In this document: piece by piece, positions 1 through 10,529 of the stretch
Layout of the letters: every line of letters starts with the position of its first letter
Position numbering within the stretch: position 1 is the stretch's first letter
NCBI RefSeq assembly: GCF_001194135.2
Contig: NC_068997.1
Location: forward strand, 48,396,218-48,429,219
Reading direction: 5' to 3'
Length of the DNA stretch: 33,002 nt
DNA from: Octopus bimaculoides
Lineage: Eukaryota
Program-made: the position numbers and the translations under genes
Notes under the pieces: generated by a model
What the model was told of the DNA's origin: nothing
Seen by the model: the letters and a program-made list of their open reading frames with translations, nothing else
The model's database searches: none

Positions 1-49
1 GTATGTATATACGTATCTACATACATATGAATGTATGCACACACGTACA

Positions 50-90
<41 letters not shown>

Positions 91-654
91 TTAGGAAAAA
101 GAACCAAGGTTCATGAACTCATCGATGAAAATCCACTGTCACATATAGAAAAATTAATAATTAAAGGCACAATAAATGAATATAATATAATACAAAGTAA
201 ATATCATAAGATAAAGATAATATTATCTTTATATTATTCATTTTGTACAATTTCTAAATTATATATATATAATGTTACGAAGCATCATCGGATGGAATAT
301 AATCTTTTAAAGTTATATTGAATGCGTTTGAGTGTATTCGGACGCGAGAAGTTTTTGTGCTGCGGAGATAGATCCGGGAGAATATTATTCTCTTAAGCAT
401 GTGCAAAAGGACAAGAGGAGCTTGAGCTGGAAATAATATAATTGGATTGTATGAACGCATGCAATTCTCTGTCGTATGACTTCATAATCCACAGCCCATT
501 TTGTGTTTTCACATATTCCTATGAGAATATTTTTCTATCACGACTATCGCGGCAGTGAAAGGCCATTTCACGTCACGTCTCGACGCAATATGACATATCA
601 ATATATATACATACATACACACATACATATATACATATATATGTACATATACGC

Positions 655-685
<31 letters not shown>

Positions 686-999
686 TGTATGTATGTATGT
701 ATCTATTTATCTATCTATCTATATAATAATTAATCATGTCAAAGGGAAATGGAAATAATTTTAAAATGTTCACCTCCAAGTGGCCTTAGCATATAAAAGT
801 TTAGTCCAAAGACAATGAATTACTCATAAGGTACAGTGTATATTAAAATACATAAGAGGAATCCACTCATGGGATTCCTTACGCTAGAAAGAACTGCTAG
901 GTTCTAGAACCACAAAATTGGGGATAAAATCCCGAAAGGAACGAAATGAAAAATAAAAACTTTTACCATCTCTTTCCTGGACCAATTGGTTTCTGACTT

Positions 1000-1196
1000 A
1001 TTTTAGCAGAAACGTTAGCACTCCAGGCGAAATGCTTTGGACTATTTCGTCTATTTTTACGTTCTGAGTTTAAATTCCGCCGAGGTCGACTTTGCCTTTT
1101 ATCCTTTCGGGTCGATAAATTGAGTACCAGTTGCGTACTGGGTCGATTTAATCGACTAGCCCCCTCCCCCAAAATTTCGGGCCTGGTGCCTAGAGT
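1000..1196 (+). mobile_element. SINE family A copy (tRNA-like head plus GGTCGACTTTGCCTTTCATCCTTTCGGGGTCGATAAA central domain); runs into a gap
   Basis: Colinear with the copies at 9083, 9313, 9564, 23754 and 28600. It has a B-box-like GAGTTTAAATTCC, the central domain, and the 3' segment GTACCAGTTGCGTACTGGGTCGATTTAATCGACTAGCCCCTCCCCC. Confidence 0.85.
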
Positions 1197-1422
1197 NNNN
1201 NNNNNNNNNNNNNNNNNNNNNNNNNNNNNNNNNNNNNNNNNNNNNNNNNNNNNNNNNNNNNNNNNNNNNNNNNNNNNNNNNNNNNNNNNNNNNNNNNNNN
1301 NNNNNNNNNNNNNNNNNNNNNNNNNNNNNNNNNNNNNNNNNNNNNNNNNNNNNNNNNNNNNNNNNNNNNNNNNNNNNNNNNNNNNNNNNNNNNNNNNNNN
1401 NNNNNNNNNNNNNNNNNNNNNN

Positions 1423-1498
<76 letters not shown>

Positions 1499-1988
1499 GG
1501 GGACACTAAAATCTTTTAAGTGATTAGGATCACTATGGGTCTTAATACGGCCCCGTAAGAACATCAGTATTCCTGGTTTCATACATATACAATAACCTAC
1601 CCTACCTTTATCAACGAAAATCTTTTTAGCCGTCGCTTTGACAGCATAGTAATTCCTTTAACAAATACTACCGGAATGAAGAATTTGTGTACGAATACAA
1701 GTACTTGAAACTCTGAGAAAAAAAAACCGGAAGGAATCATTAATTGGTTCTTGGTACGTATATAACATTAGACATAGTAGTGTAAAATATAACAGATTGT
1801 GTCTGGTTTACTAACTCTGTCATATAACTAGCAATAAATTAGGGAGTCGGGAGCTGCCACATCAGCCTTCGTGATCAATATTGGAACAACGTTAAAACAA
1901 CTACGAAGATCATTTGCAAAAGTTTGTGAAAACAAATCGATATGCAAACACATACATACATACATGTATATATATGTATATATATATT

Positions 1989-2027
<39 letters not shown>

Positions 2028-2105
2028 ATGTAAATGGACATTTGTGTATATACACATATAACACACACACACATATATATCTATGTATACATACATGCAT
2101 ACATG

Positions 2106-2169
<64 letters not shown>

Positions 2170-2942
2170 CATACATATATATATATATANNNNNNNNNNN
2201 NNNNNNNNNNNNNNNNNNNNNNNNNNNNNNNNNNNNNNNNNNNNNNNNNNNNNNNNNNNNNNNNNNNNNNNNNNNNNNNNNNNNNNNNNNNNNNNNNNNN
2301 NNNNNNNNNNNNNNNNNNNNNNNNNNNNNNNNNNNNNNNNNNNNNNNNNNNNNNNNNNNNNNNNNNNNNNNNNNNNNNNNNNNNNNNNNNNNNNNNNNNN
2401 NNNNNNNNNNNNNNNNNNNNNNNNNNNNNNNNNNNNNNNNNNNNNNNNNNNNNNNNATATATATATATATATATACATGTAATGAACAGATTGACTCAGA
2501 ATTGTATGACTCAGCAATTAATACAAATGTTTAAACACAATGACATGTCGAGTGTTCTTTTATACGTTTCTCAACAATCTGTGCATGTGTGTGTGTGTGT
2601 GTAGTATGTACGGTAGGACAAGGAAAAGTACTCAATACAAGATGTAGAGTAGAGCAGAGCGTATTAATCTTCTGTTGCCTAAACGATGGCACGTAGAGAT
2701 AACACTTTTGTAACTAGGTAGTTAATCAAAAACCTCCTTCCCGTATGTACACACACGCACACACACACATACCTACATACACATATATATGAATATATAA
2801 GTAATATATATATACACATGCAAAAAGAAGTAAATAGACACCCCATAAAACATCGTTTTCTGTTTATTTTAACTTGTAAAGGTTTATATTTCTTATTAAT
2901 TGACATTTTTATGTCTCAGATTCTATATGTGACTGTTTAATT

Positions 2943-3200
2943 ATGCCATGTACAAAAGAAGCCTTGAAACTGTCTGAATTTCAAAGAGGCCGTATTGTGG
3001 GTCATTCTGAAGGTGGATATCGTAGAAAACCTTGGGATCCCGCTTTCTACAGTTAATAGAGTGATTGTGCAATTCACCAGAGAGGAGAAGGAATTCACAT
3101 TACCATGTCCAGATCAACCAGGGCCCTCTGATTGGACCCTTCTCTTTGCTAAGACAAGTATGGAGGATAATTCTAGTTGCAAGGCCTCTGACGTAGCAGA
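2943..3200 (+). pseudogene. Tc1-like transposase N-terminal (HTH) fragment, frameshifted
   Basis: ATG at 2943 reads [25 protein letters not shown], then shifts frame to [25 protein letters not shown]. This matches the LSxFxRGRIVG...LGIPxSTVxR pattern of Tc1 transposase DNA-binding domains. Confidence 0.8.
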
Positions 3201-3359
3201 TCAAGGTCATGTCAGTCTGTCTCAACACAGCTGTCAGGTATCTATCAGGTTCGTTCCTTCAGATGGTGCGTTTTATGGTAAATTTCCTTTGACTCCCATC
3301 CGATGCTACAGTTTTTATCTTGGCTACTTAGAGTGTAAAGAACAATATTCACAATAAGG

Positions 3360-3570
3360 AGAATAAAGAATTTGAACATTCAAACTATATGTTTATTTAC
3401 AGTTGGTTTATTCATAATAATTGTCCGACACGTGTTTCGATCGCACTAATTGCACATTGCTGCATATTTATGAGCAGCGATTTATGCATTATTAGTATGA
3501 TCTCTCCAGGGTGTATAAATATGACATTGTTCAAGGAGGAATTTTCCTCCGTTCTTAGCTTGAATTAAGC
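3360..3570 (-). mobile_element. Probable Penelope-like element terminal repeat remnant with a degenerate hammerhead motif
   Basis: The minus strand reads CC-CTGGAGA-GATC...GATC-GAAAC-ACGT-GTC-GG, followed by AATAAA motifs. The layout is the same as the hammerhead at 25027-25114. Confidence 0.55.
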
Positions 3571-3573
3571 CTG

Positions 3574-3621
<48 letters not shown>

Positions 3622-3769
3622 AACCATGGCGTTCATCGATGAGCTGTTTTTCAACAACACAAGCTGTTTTTCATAACCCAGGCTGTTTTCCACAACTTCT
3701 ACCAAGCTAATAATGCATAAATCGCTGCATATAAATATGCAACAATATGCGCACAGCTTGGCAACCGGC

Positions 3770-3905
3770 CTTGGTGTGCTTTCGTCTCTGTAAGTTAGCC
3801 GATCGACAAGAGAGATCAGTAGAATAAGTACAAGGGTAAAATAAAATATATATATAAAAAAAGCATGGCTTCAGTTTAATGACTGAAACAAGTAAAACAT
3901 AAAGG
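3770..3905 (+). mobile_element. SINE family B, 3' half
   Basis: Degenerate match to the 3' half of the copy at 23386-23752 (AAGAGAGATCAGTAGAATAAGTAC...GCATGGCTTCAGTTTAATGACTGAAACAAGTAAAA). Confidence 0.6.
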
Positions 3906-3914
3906 ATCTCACAT

Positions 3915-3979
3915 TGTTTCGGTCATTTGACTGCGGCTGTTCTGGGGGACCAACTTAAAACTGGACATCTTATAAATAT

Positions 3980-4034
<55 letters not shown>

Positions 4035-4782
4035 CATACATACATACATACATACATACATNNNNNNNNNNNNNNNNNNNNNNNNNNNNNNNNNNNNNNN
4101 NNNNNNNNNNNNNNNNNNNNNNNNNNNNNNNNNNNNNNNNNNNNNNNNNNNNNNNNNNNNNNNNNNNNNNNNNNNNNNNNNNNNNNNNNNNNNNNNNNNN
4201 NNNNNNNNNNNNNNNNNNNNNNNNNNNNNNNNNNNNNNNNNNNNNNNNNNNNNNNNNNNNNNNNNNNNNNNNNNNNNNNNNNNNNNNNNNNNNNNNNNNN
4301 NNNNNNNNNNNNNNNNNNNNNNNNNNNNNNNNNNNNNNNNNNNNNNNNNNNNNNNNNNNNNNNNNNNNNNNNNNNNNNNNNNNNNNNNNNNNNNNNNNNN
4401 NNNNNNNNNNNNNNNNNNNNNNNNNNNNNNNNNNNNNNNNNNNNNNNNNNNNNNNNNNNNNNNNNNNNNNNNNNNNNNNNNNNNNNNNNNNNNNNNNNNN
4501 NNNNNNNNNNNNNNNNNNNNNNNNNNNNNNNNNNNNNNNNNNNNNNNNNNNNNNNNNNNNNNNNNNNNNNNNNNNNNNNNNNNNNNNNNNNNNNNNNNNN
4601 NNNNATATATATATATATATATATATAATATAATATAATATAATATAATATAATATAATATAATATATATATATATATATACAATGGACTTCTATCAGTT
4701 TACTTTTATCAAATTCACTCAGAAGGGTTTGGTCACTCATAGTAGATGACCCTTGTCCGAAGTGCCACGTAACTGGAAAATG
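3915..4782 (-). mobile_element. SINE family B pieces (3' end at 3915-3950, CORE-like part at 4682-4782) flanking microsatellites and a gap
   Basis: GTTTCGGTCATTTGACTGCGGC and the segment TTCTATCAGTTT...TAGTAGATGACCCTTGTCCGAAGTGCCACG match the two ends of the copy at 13485-13856. Whether they form one copy is uncertain because of the gap. Confidence 0.55.
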
Positions 4783-5436
4783 CAATGTTAGAGAAATTAA
4801 AGTCAGGAATTGGTATTAGTTTCTTAGAGTAGACCACCACTAGCACCACCGCTGATGCCATCACCACCATTTCTACAACGACCACTTAGTATTACTTAAA
4901 GTAACTGAATATGATAGTAGGAGAGGGGAGGAGGAAGAAGGGGAACGGGAAGAGTAAGAGGAAAAACCTGTAGCCAACCAGCCAGCCAGCCAGCAAGCTA
5001 GGCACCCACCCTGTCAGACAGTCAGGCAAACAGACCGACAGTCTAACAGTGAAATAGTAAGACCGTCAGTCAGGCAGTAATGCAACATTCAATGTTGATG
5101 TAGCTCTGCAGCCGATTCGCTGATTGCTTCTTTGAAGAATCTCAACTCTGGCAGTAGAAGAAGAGGCGAGCGAACGAACGAGCGAACGAACGAGCGAACG
5201 AGCGAGAGAGAGAGAGAGAGAAATGAGAGAGAGAGAGAGAAAGAGTGTAGATNNNNNNNNNNNNNNNNNNNNNNNNNNNNNNNNNNNNNNNNNNNNNNNN
5301 NNNNNNNNNNNNNNNNNNNNNNNNNNNNNNNNNNNNNNNNNNNNNNNNNNNNNNNNNNNNNNNNNNNNNNNNNNNNNNNNNNNNNNNNNNNNNNNNNNNN
5401 NNNNNNNNNNNNNNNNNNNNNNNNNNNNNNNNNNNN

Positions 5437-5467
<31 letters not shown>

Positions 5468-5819
5468 TTCAATATAATATAATAGCATAATATAGGAAAT
5501 GTCATATATGATGTTAAATGAAATAGACGGGAAAGAAAACCAAAATATAATTTGGCAATATACTTGAAAACTTCCCTAGTATTTGGCTCAATAATGGCCG
5601 ATGGAGATTGACTTTTTAACTTTGATGCCAAAACGGCTAAGACGACCACGACCACGACCACGACGACAGCAGCAACAGCAACAACATCAACAAAAACAAC
5701 AACAAAAGCAACAATATTTACTAATACTGGCTGAATATTAGTAATAATTTTTTAATAGTGCTGAAGTTATAAAATATCCGCAATTAAGAGGGATACATGA
5801 AGAGAAGTAAATAATTTCT

Positions 5820-5861
<42 letters not shown>

Positions 5862-6046
5862 ATATATATATATATATATATGTACGCACACACGCACATG
5901 CACATAAATATATATATAATACAGAGCCATCAGCTAGAAGTTAATGAATGCTTGTATATAAAACACATTGACTTTATTCACCTGCATTATAACTGATAGT
6001 CTATAGAAAAAGGTTTGTGTTGCTTTTCCGGAAGGAGAGAAGGAAC

Positions 6047-6090
<44 letters not shown>

Positions 6091-7039
6091 AATAATCTGA
6101 AGATGTAAAGCTAAGGAAATAAACAGCTTCGTCTGTAGAGATTCTATGAGATGCTATTATATTGAATCGAATGCTATGATATAAAAATTGTTATAGTGTT
6201 TTGTTAAAAGAATATTCTATCTGAAAGGGAAAATGTAAAAACGAACATTATCATATGAATAAAAACAAAAACAAAAAGATATATATATATAGATACATAT
6301 GTCGTGTATGAAAGAAAAGAATATATGAACTTTAAATATGAAAAACGAGAATATCACAGATATATATGATAAATCTATATTTCCAGGATTACTGAGAGGA
6401 AGCAGAAGAAGAAAAATATCAATGAAATTTGAATTTTTTTTTAACCTTAAAACAACAAAGATAATTTGTAAATGAAGTATCGGTAGCCTGAAGATATTTG
6501 AAGGAATTACAGAACAAGAAAAGTAACATCAAAAATTCAAAATTATAAATTAGAAGAAAAAAGCTAAAAAAAAAAAAAGAAAATAAAGGTAAAGAAAGAA
6601 AAAGCAAGTATTTATTATAAATTCTCAAAAAATTGGAAAACTAACAATCAAAAGTTTTCAATGAAAGAAAGCTCGCTAAAATAAAAGTGGAATGGAATTT
6701 TCTCGATGATATTATAGAAAGGAACTTCTATCGTCCTTAATTAGTAATTTGGTTTGAAGTTTCATGAAGGAAAGATTGCTGTTTTATGGCTTAATTAATT
6801 TACCTGCAGTTAAATTTACCTTTCATTCAATTGCGGAGAATTGATTCAGACATTTCCAAAAGGACGGAATTTTAACTTCATCAGGAAGACTGCCAACTAA
6901 ATTGGCTTTTGGGCTAAAATATACCCCGGTCGGATAGACGGGCAGACGGATAGACAGGTGCTTGGATGTAAAAGGGGTGCTTGTGTTCGCTCCAGCTCTT
7001 TCTATCTATCCATTATCCATACATCAATCAATCCACTTT

Positions 7040-7043
7040 TCAC

Positions 7044-7130
<87 letters not shown>
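7040..7130. repeat. (CTAT)n microsatellite
   Basis: Near-perfect tetranucleotide run. Confidence 0.95.
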
Positions 7131-7132
<2 letters not shown>

Positions 7133-7179
7133 TCGTTTGCCCTCACTACCTTGTCTATCCAATTATCTATAAGACCAAA

Positions 7180-7246
7180 ATGCCTCCAAAGAAGAAATTA
7201 CCCATGGAGAATTCGGGAAAATTATCAACCACAGCACATATCAATG
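7180..7246 (+). CDS. Candidate first coding exon of an unidentified gene (MPPKKKLPMENSGKLSTTAHIN, phase-1 donor)
   Basis: A pyrimidine-rich tract ends in AG at 7173, followed by ACCAAAATG (A at -3), 22 codons plus 1 nt, and a consensus donor G|GTAAGT at 7247. No homology recognised. Confidence 0.35.
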
Positions 7247-7397
7247 GTAAGTTTCTTCAAACTCTTTTACCACTGTACTTCATTATACCATATCATAATT
7301 ATTACTATGCTATATCTTATATATACTGCACCATACCAATCACTGTACTTTACTATACAATACACTCCTCATTACTGACAATATATACTAATACTGA

Positions 7398-7438
<41 letters not shown>

Positions 7439-8064
7439 AACTTATTGTTTATATGCGTTTTGCTCACTTTATTATTATTCTTTATATCTACTCAAAATAC
7501 ATCACTTTAACACGGTATTNNNNNNNNNNNNNNNNNNNNNNNNNNNNNNNNNNNNNNNNNNNNNNNNNNNNNNNNNNNNNNNNNNNNNNNNNNNNNNNNN
7601 NNNNNNNNNNNNNNNNNNNNNNNNNNNNNNNNNNNNNNNNNNNNNNNNNNNNNNNNNNNNNNNNNNNNNNNNNNNNNNNNNNNNNNNNNNNNNNNNNNNN
7701 NNNNNNNNNNNNNNNTATAATATATATATATGTATGTATATATACAAATGCTATATCTTGACATATCTTTTACTGCCGCTGTGGTCGTTGTTGTTATCGG
7801 TGTCGATGGCTGTATTGAAGATCTTATGAGCGGCTGAAGGAAGGACTTCCTTAGCGGAACAGACCTCGACGATAGACATGTCTGCAGTTCCTTCCAGTGC
7901 AGTTCCAGTTATAATGGGGGTTTCATCTACTTGAGGACTTCGATGCAAACTTTGACATTGCACTGGTTTAGCAGACATGGTACATTGTGATGGGATGCGA
8001 TTGTGGCAACCCGCCCCACGACGGTTCATTCTATTATTGTCGTTGATGTTGTTGGTGTTGTTGT

Positions 8065-8260
8065 TGTTGCTTACTTCAGGTGAGTTCTGAGTAAATACAC
8101 TCATTGATCACAGACACGCCAGCCATGACCATTACGCCTTCCATTTAGTCAGTGCATCTAATGTGTTCCGTCCTTCTTTCAGCGTATGACTTTAGTGTGT
8201 CGATTTGGTTGTTATTTCTAATAGATGGAGAGGACGGGGCGCATAAAGTTACCTTCGATA
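8065..8260 (-). mobile_element. Interspersed repeat family E (TGCTAGAAATAGCAGCCAAATC core, (AAC)n tail), degenerate copy
   Basis: The plus strand carries TGATCACAGACACGCCAGCCATGACCAT and GATTTGGTTGTTATTTCTA, colinear with 8360-8580 and with the reverse complement of 12818-13036. Confidence 0.6.
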
Positions 8261-8359
8261 GGTTCAGTAGAGGTGGGCATGGTGGACTCGGGTCTGTTGC
8301 TGTGTTTAGACTTGGCATTGGTGTTGGGTGAAATGGTATTGTTGTTTCTGTTGTTGTTG

Positions 8360-8860
8360 CTGTTTGGCTCCACACCAGTTCTAAATGAGAAAACCTGTGA
8401 TCAGAGGCGTTCCAACCGTGACAATCACCTCTTTTTTCTTCAGGCGCTCGGTCGCATTTTCTCACAATATCTTTCCCTTCAGTTTGGTTGGGGCAGAGAA
8501 GGGTGTTCAATTTGTTAAGCGATTTGGTTGCTATTTTTAGCACATCGACTGACTCCCTAGAAGTTCTCAATCTGACCGTTTCTTGATGTTCATCTTGCTG
8601 TTATCGTTGTCGCTGGAATCAGTTGTTGTTGTTGTTGTTTGGCTGGCTTCACGTCAATTCTAAATGAGAAAATCCATGATCAGAGGCGTTCCAACCGTGA
8701 CAATCTCCTCTATTTTCTTCGGGCGCTCGGTCACATTATCCCACAATATCTTCCCCTTTATACCGGTTGGGGAGAAAAAGGATGCACAGCTTGATAAGCG
8801 ATTTGGTTGCTATTTTTAGCACATCGACTGACTCCCTAAAGGTTCTCTCTCTGGCCGTTT
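8360..8860 (-). mobile_element. Two family E copies forming a 279-bp tandem duplication
   Basis: CTAAATGAGAAAA occurs at 8381 and 8660. A 44-bp identical block TAAGCGATTTGGTTGCTATTTTTAGCACATCGACTGACTCCCTA occurs at 8516 and 8795. Confidence 0.85.
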
Positions 8861-9082
8861 GTTGATAATGTTGATGTAGCCGTTATCGTTGTCTCTGTAA
8901 TTAATATTGTTGTTGTTATTCTTGTTGATTTTGTTATTATTGATATTGTTAATATCGATGCTACTTTTGTTGTTGCTGTTGTTGTCGCATTTTTATTGCT
9001 GTTGTTGTTCTAGTATTTAATGGTGATATTAAAATCGCTTTTTTTTTTTTTTTTTTTTTTTTTTTTGTTAAATTGCTTTTAA

Positions 9083-9298
9083 GGCGGCGAACTGGCTGAA
9101 TCGTTAGCACGCCAGGCAAAATGCTTAACGACATTACGTCTTCATGTTCTGGGTTCAAATACGGCTGAGTTCGACTTTGCCTTTCGTCCTTTCGGAGTCG
9201 ATAAAAATATGCATTAGTTAAACACTGGGGTAGATGCAATCGACTTTCCTCACTGCCCCGAAATTACTGGCCTTGTACAAAAATTCGAAATCATTATT
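9083..9298 (+). mobile_element. SINE family A, near full length
   Basis: GGCGGCGAACTGGCTGAATCGTTAGCACGCC head, GGGTTCAAAT B-box-like motif, central domain and 3' tail. Confidence 0.9.
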
Positions 9299-9312
9299 AA
9301 AGATCCGTTTAA

Positions 9313-9520
9313 GGCGGTGAGCAGGCAAAACCGGTGGGACGCCGGACAAAATGCTTATCGGCATTTTGTCCGTCTTTACGCTCTGAGTTCAAATTCCACC
9401 GAGGTCGACTTTGCCTTTCACCCTTTCGGGGTCGATAAATTAAGTACCAGTGGGCCTATGTAATCGACTAGCCCCTTGCCCCTAAACATTTCAGGCCTTG
9501 TGCCGATAGAAGAAAGGATT
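9313..9520 (+). mobile_element. SINE family A, near full length
   Basis: Colinear with 9083-9298, including GAGTTCAAATTCCACCGAGGTCGACTTTGCCTTTCACCCTTTCGGGGTCGATAAATTAAGTACC. Confidence 0.9.
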
Positions 9521-9563
9521 ATTAAAAATTCTTTCTTTTGTTGTTACTGTTGTTGTCATCAAA

Positions 9564-9785
9564 GTGGCGAGCTGGCAGAATCGTTAGCACACTGGACGAA
9601 ATGCCGCTAAGCATTTCGTCTATCTTTACGTTCTTAGTTCAAATCCCGCCGAGGTCGACCTTACCTTTCATCCTTTCGGGGTTGATAAAATAAGTACCTG
9701 TTGTGTACTGGGGGGGGGGGATCTAATCGACTCCCCCCACTTCCCCGAAATTTCAGGCCTTATACTTCCAGTAGAAAGAATCATT
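9564..9785 (+). mobile_element. SINE family A, near full length
   Basis: GTGGCGAGCTGGCAGAATCGTTAGCAC head, central domain, and CCAGTAGAAAGAATCATTA tail. Confidence 0.9.
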
Positions 9786-9789
9786 AGAG

Positions 9790-10180
9790 TTCCTTTTGTC
9801 GGCGTCGTTGTAATTGTTGTTGTTGTTGTTGTAAGTACTATTATTGTTGTAGGTAGCGCTGTTGGTAGTGGCGTTGCCTTCGATGTTACTATCGTTCTTG
9901 TTGTTGTTGCTGTTGTTGTTACTTCTCTTCTTATGGTTGATAACCTGATTGCTATCTCTATTGTTAATTATGTTATAATTATTGCTACCACAAGCGGCAT
10001 TGTTGTTGTTTTTGTTGCTCTAACAGTATTGCAGTAGTAGTAGTAGTAGCAGTGGTTGTTGTTGTAGAGGCACTAACAGTAATTGTTGTTATTGTTATAA
10101 CTGTAGTAATAGTAGTTGTAGTAGTATTAGTTGTCATTGTTGCCGTTGTGTTGTTGTTGTGGTGGTGGTGATTGTATTGC
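9790..10180. repeat. Degenerate (GTT)n/(GTA)n low-complexity tract
   Basis: Interrupted trinucleotide runs. Confidence 0.85.
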
Positions 10181-10529
10181 TTTATTTGGGTTCCCGTGGT
10201 TGTGTTGCTTTATTTGGGTTCCCAGCAGAGACATTACAACTCTGAACTAAAACAAGTCATTCTGTGCAGTCTTCGAAAAACCATTCTGTTTACACGTCGC
10301 GAGTTCGTCTCCCGCTTTGAATAATACCGGTACGTATATTAACTGGCGCGCATCATGTAGTTTTGGATCCTACAAAAGTCCACAAAATACAGACCTGTCA
10401 TACCCTTGTTTATTCGATCAACTACGCCTCACTCCCTTAAAAAATAAATAAGGGCTTAACAAAATAAAAGAAATAAATGAAAAAATAAAATGAAGATAAC
10501 AAAGGGGAACGAAAATTGAGAATTAGAGT

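Noticed and set aside
6096-6890. Other CTGANGA / TCNTCAG hits (6096, 6487, 6877; also about 283 and 13975)
   Set aside because: None has a correctly placed GAAA with pairing stems II and III and an NUH triplet, so they are not hammerheads.
7977-8085. Apparent signal-peptide exon MVHCDGMRLWQPAPRRFILLLSLMLLVLLLLLTS with a perfect CAG|GTGAGT donor
   Set aside because: The hydrophobic run is the (GTT)n tail of the family E copy. The donor lies in the segment homologous to the repeat's TTTAGCCTCAGGTCAGCC end, so both features are explained by the repeat. Exonisation cannot be excluded without RNA data.
7751-8570. Minus-strand ORFs 7751-8104 and 8145-8570 and plus-strand ORF 8225-8518
   Set aside because: They largely overlap family E copies and (AAC)n tails, have no recognisable domain, and the two minus ORFs are in different frames without usable splice sites.
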